From Methanocaldococcus indicus (GTDB taxonomy: Archaea > AGJL01 > Methanococci > Methanococcales > Methanocaldococcaceae), in the NCBI RefSeq assembly GCF_049554935.1, contig NZ_CP186926.1:256001-320000 (forward strand): 64,000 nucleotides of DNA, in the 5' to 3' direction. Position 1 is the first letter of the stretch; each line of letters begins with the position of its first letter. Below are positions 62,492-64,000 of the stretch, piece by piece. Below the pieces are notes generated by a model that made no database searches, was not told where the DNA came from, and was given only the letters and a program-made list of their open reading frames with translations. The translations under genes and the position numbers were made by a program.

Positions 62492-63283
62492 TTATTGTTT
62501 AGAGTATGTCCAAATCATATTATCTTTATCTTTATTATCTAATAATTCATTTAATAGTTCATCTAAATCATTAACAACTTTCGAGTCTTTAATAGTTTCT
62601 TTACCTTCATAATACTCTCTTGGTTTATTTATCCATTTCATTTCTTCAAATTTAATTTTACCATAACCTCTACTTCCACTACCACCTAAGTAGTCATCTT
62701 CTAACAACTTCATACCTTCAATAAATTTTTTAATTAGTTCTATATCATTTTCATTATAGATGTTAAAAACAATTTCAAATTTAAATTTACTTCCAGCTAC
62801 AACCCTCTCTGTATTTCTAACTCCTCCTTTAACTGTTGTTCCTTTTATTCTGTCTATTGTATTCTCTACTTTTATTTCTAAATAGTCATAATGATTTTTA
62901 CCTTCATCTGGCTCTAAATAGGCATCTCTAACAATTACTCTAACAGGATCTTCTATATTGTTAGATTGATGAGGTCCAAATAATTTACATATTTCACATA
63001 ATCCACATTCACATGGTTTTCCATCATTTTTAGGTTTTTTTTCTTTTTTATTATTTTCGTCTCTTTTATAAGTTCCATATACTTTTTCTAATAAAGCTCT
63101 AATTTTTCCTTTGAGAGAACTTCCAGGAATTAAAACATTGTCGAATTTATCTTTTATAACAGGGTTGTCAGTACCTCCAATTTTTAAAGTTTCTTTTGTT
63201 CCACCAATGTGCATTCCAGTTAATAACCTAATTTTTCCTTCTAATATGAGTTTTCCTTTTAAAGTTTGTTGATTTTCAGCCAT
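62492..63283 (-). CDS. csm3: Type III-A backbone RNase Csm3
   Basis: TGMHIGG, IGGTDNPV (catalytic Asp), IPGSSLKGK, K.ENTIDR, LGGSGSRGYG. Confidence 0.95.
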   Translation of the reverse strand: MAENQQTLKGKLILEGKIRLLTGMHIGGTKETLKIGGTDNPVIKDKFDNVLIPGSSLKGKIRALLEKVYGTYKRDENNKKEKKPKNDGKPCECGLCEICKLFGPHQSNNIEDPVRVIVRDAYLEPDEGKNHYDYLEIKVENTIDRIKGTTVKGGVRNTERVVAGSKFKFEIVFNIYNENDIELIKKFIEGMKLLEDDYLGGSGSRGYGKIKFEEMKWINKPREYYEGKETIKDSKVVNDLDELLNELLDNKDKDNMIWTYSKQ

Positions 63284-63299
63284 TTATTATCCCTCTTTT

Positions 63300-63701
63300 T
63301 TATTGTGATTTAGCATAAATCTTGTGATAAGCAACAACTGCCTCAAAGAATGTCTTAAAACTTTTGAATTTATTTATATCTTGATTAATTTCATCAATAA
63401 TTTTACTAAAAGTTCCTGTTAATTTTTCTAAAGCTTCTTTTTTATTTCTATTAGTCTCTTTTCCATAAGTATATGCCAATTTTGGTTTTAGAAGAACTAA
63501 CTTCATATACCAATTATCATCTTTTTCATCAATCTTTAATACATAGTCATAAAATTCTCTAAATTTTGATGCTGATATTTGTTCATACTCTTTTGCCAAT
63601 CTTTCTGCAATTTCTATTATTTTATTTGCATTATCTTTGTTTATATTAAGAATTTCTTTGATTTCATTATCACTCAAGATACATTTTCCAATATTTGGCA
63701 T
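63300..63701 (-). CDS. csm2: Type III-A small subunit Csm2
   Basis: [26 protein letters not shown]. Confidence 0.92.
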   Translation of the reverse strand: MPNIGKCILSDNEIKEILNINKDNANKIIEIAERLAKEYEQISASKFREFYDYVLKIDEKDDNWYMKLVLLKPKLAYTYGKETNRNKKEALEKLTGTFSKIIDEINQDINKFKSFKTFFEAVVAYHKIYAKSQ

Positions 63702-64000
63702 TTAACCACCTCTATTTCTAAGTTCTACAATTTTGGCAGATACTTTTAAGTCATTAAAGTTTAGATTTATTTTCTTTTCAGGTTCTAACTTGCTAAATAT
63801 AACTTTCTTAGTTTTTTCTTTTATATATTCTTTTAAAAACTTGACATCTTTATTTAGCTCATTAGTTTTATTGTCTTTATAGTTCCTATGTAGATAGTAG
63901 AGAATTCTCCAATAGTATGGAATATTTACAATTATTTCTTTATTATTTTCTTTAACAACATTCTCCAATCTTAAACCAACAATTTGAGCAATATGTAATA
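63702..64000 (-). CDS. cas10: Cas10/Csm1 C-terminal end (truncated by window edge)
   Basis: Frame open to the window edge (LHIAQIVGLRLENV...WRILYYLHRN...ELRNRGG*), abutting csm2. Confidence 0.7.
   Translation of the reverse strand, partial: LHIAQIVGLRLENVVKENNKEIIVNIPYYWRILYYLHRNYKDNKTNELNKDVKFLKEYIKEKTKKVIFSKLEPEKKINLNFNDLKVSAKIVELRNRGG

Overview
Very AT-rich (roughly 28-30% GC by eye) chromosomal segment of a hyperthermophilic Methanococcales archaeon. It is almost certainly Methanocaldococcus, inferred from close resemblance of the proteins to M. jannaschii orthologues, GGTGA/TGTGA ribosome-binding sites and Methanocaldococcus-type CRISPR repeats. Most of the window is housekeeping: leuA, glnA with an NrpR operator, intein-free ppsA, argB/argC, hacA, purO, tal, serC-like, thiC, hemC, mptB, pstCAB-phoU2, rnz, taw2, dys, Alba, a histone and four tRNAs (Thr-GGT, Gln-TTG, Val-TAC, Ile-GAT). 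Accessory content includes scattered chemotaxis genes (cheW-cheB-cheA-cheD, a membrane MCP, an ODP di-iron sensor plus soluble MCP pair, a His-less globin-like protein). There are also two CRISPR arrays with different 30-nt repeats but near-identical 374-bp leaders, and the 3' part of a type III-A operon (cas10'-csm2-3-4-5-csx1). The best novelty candidate closes that operon: a 491-aa protein fusing a Crn1/Sso2081-like ring-nuclease CARF domain to an intact PIN ribonuclease domain, i.e. a probable self-limiting cyclic-oligoadenylate-activated RNase effector. Other notable signals are probable ATT/ATA start codons, CRISPR repeat-family switching within arrays, a CpG-rich mosaic MCP gene, a His-less second Hpt domain in CheA and a CBS-HPF hibernation-factor-like protein. 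All protein calls come from motif recognition and recalled homologues; no searches were run.
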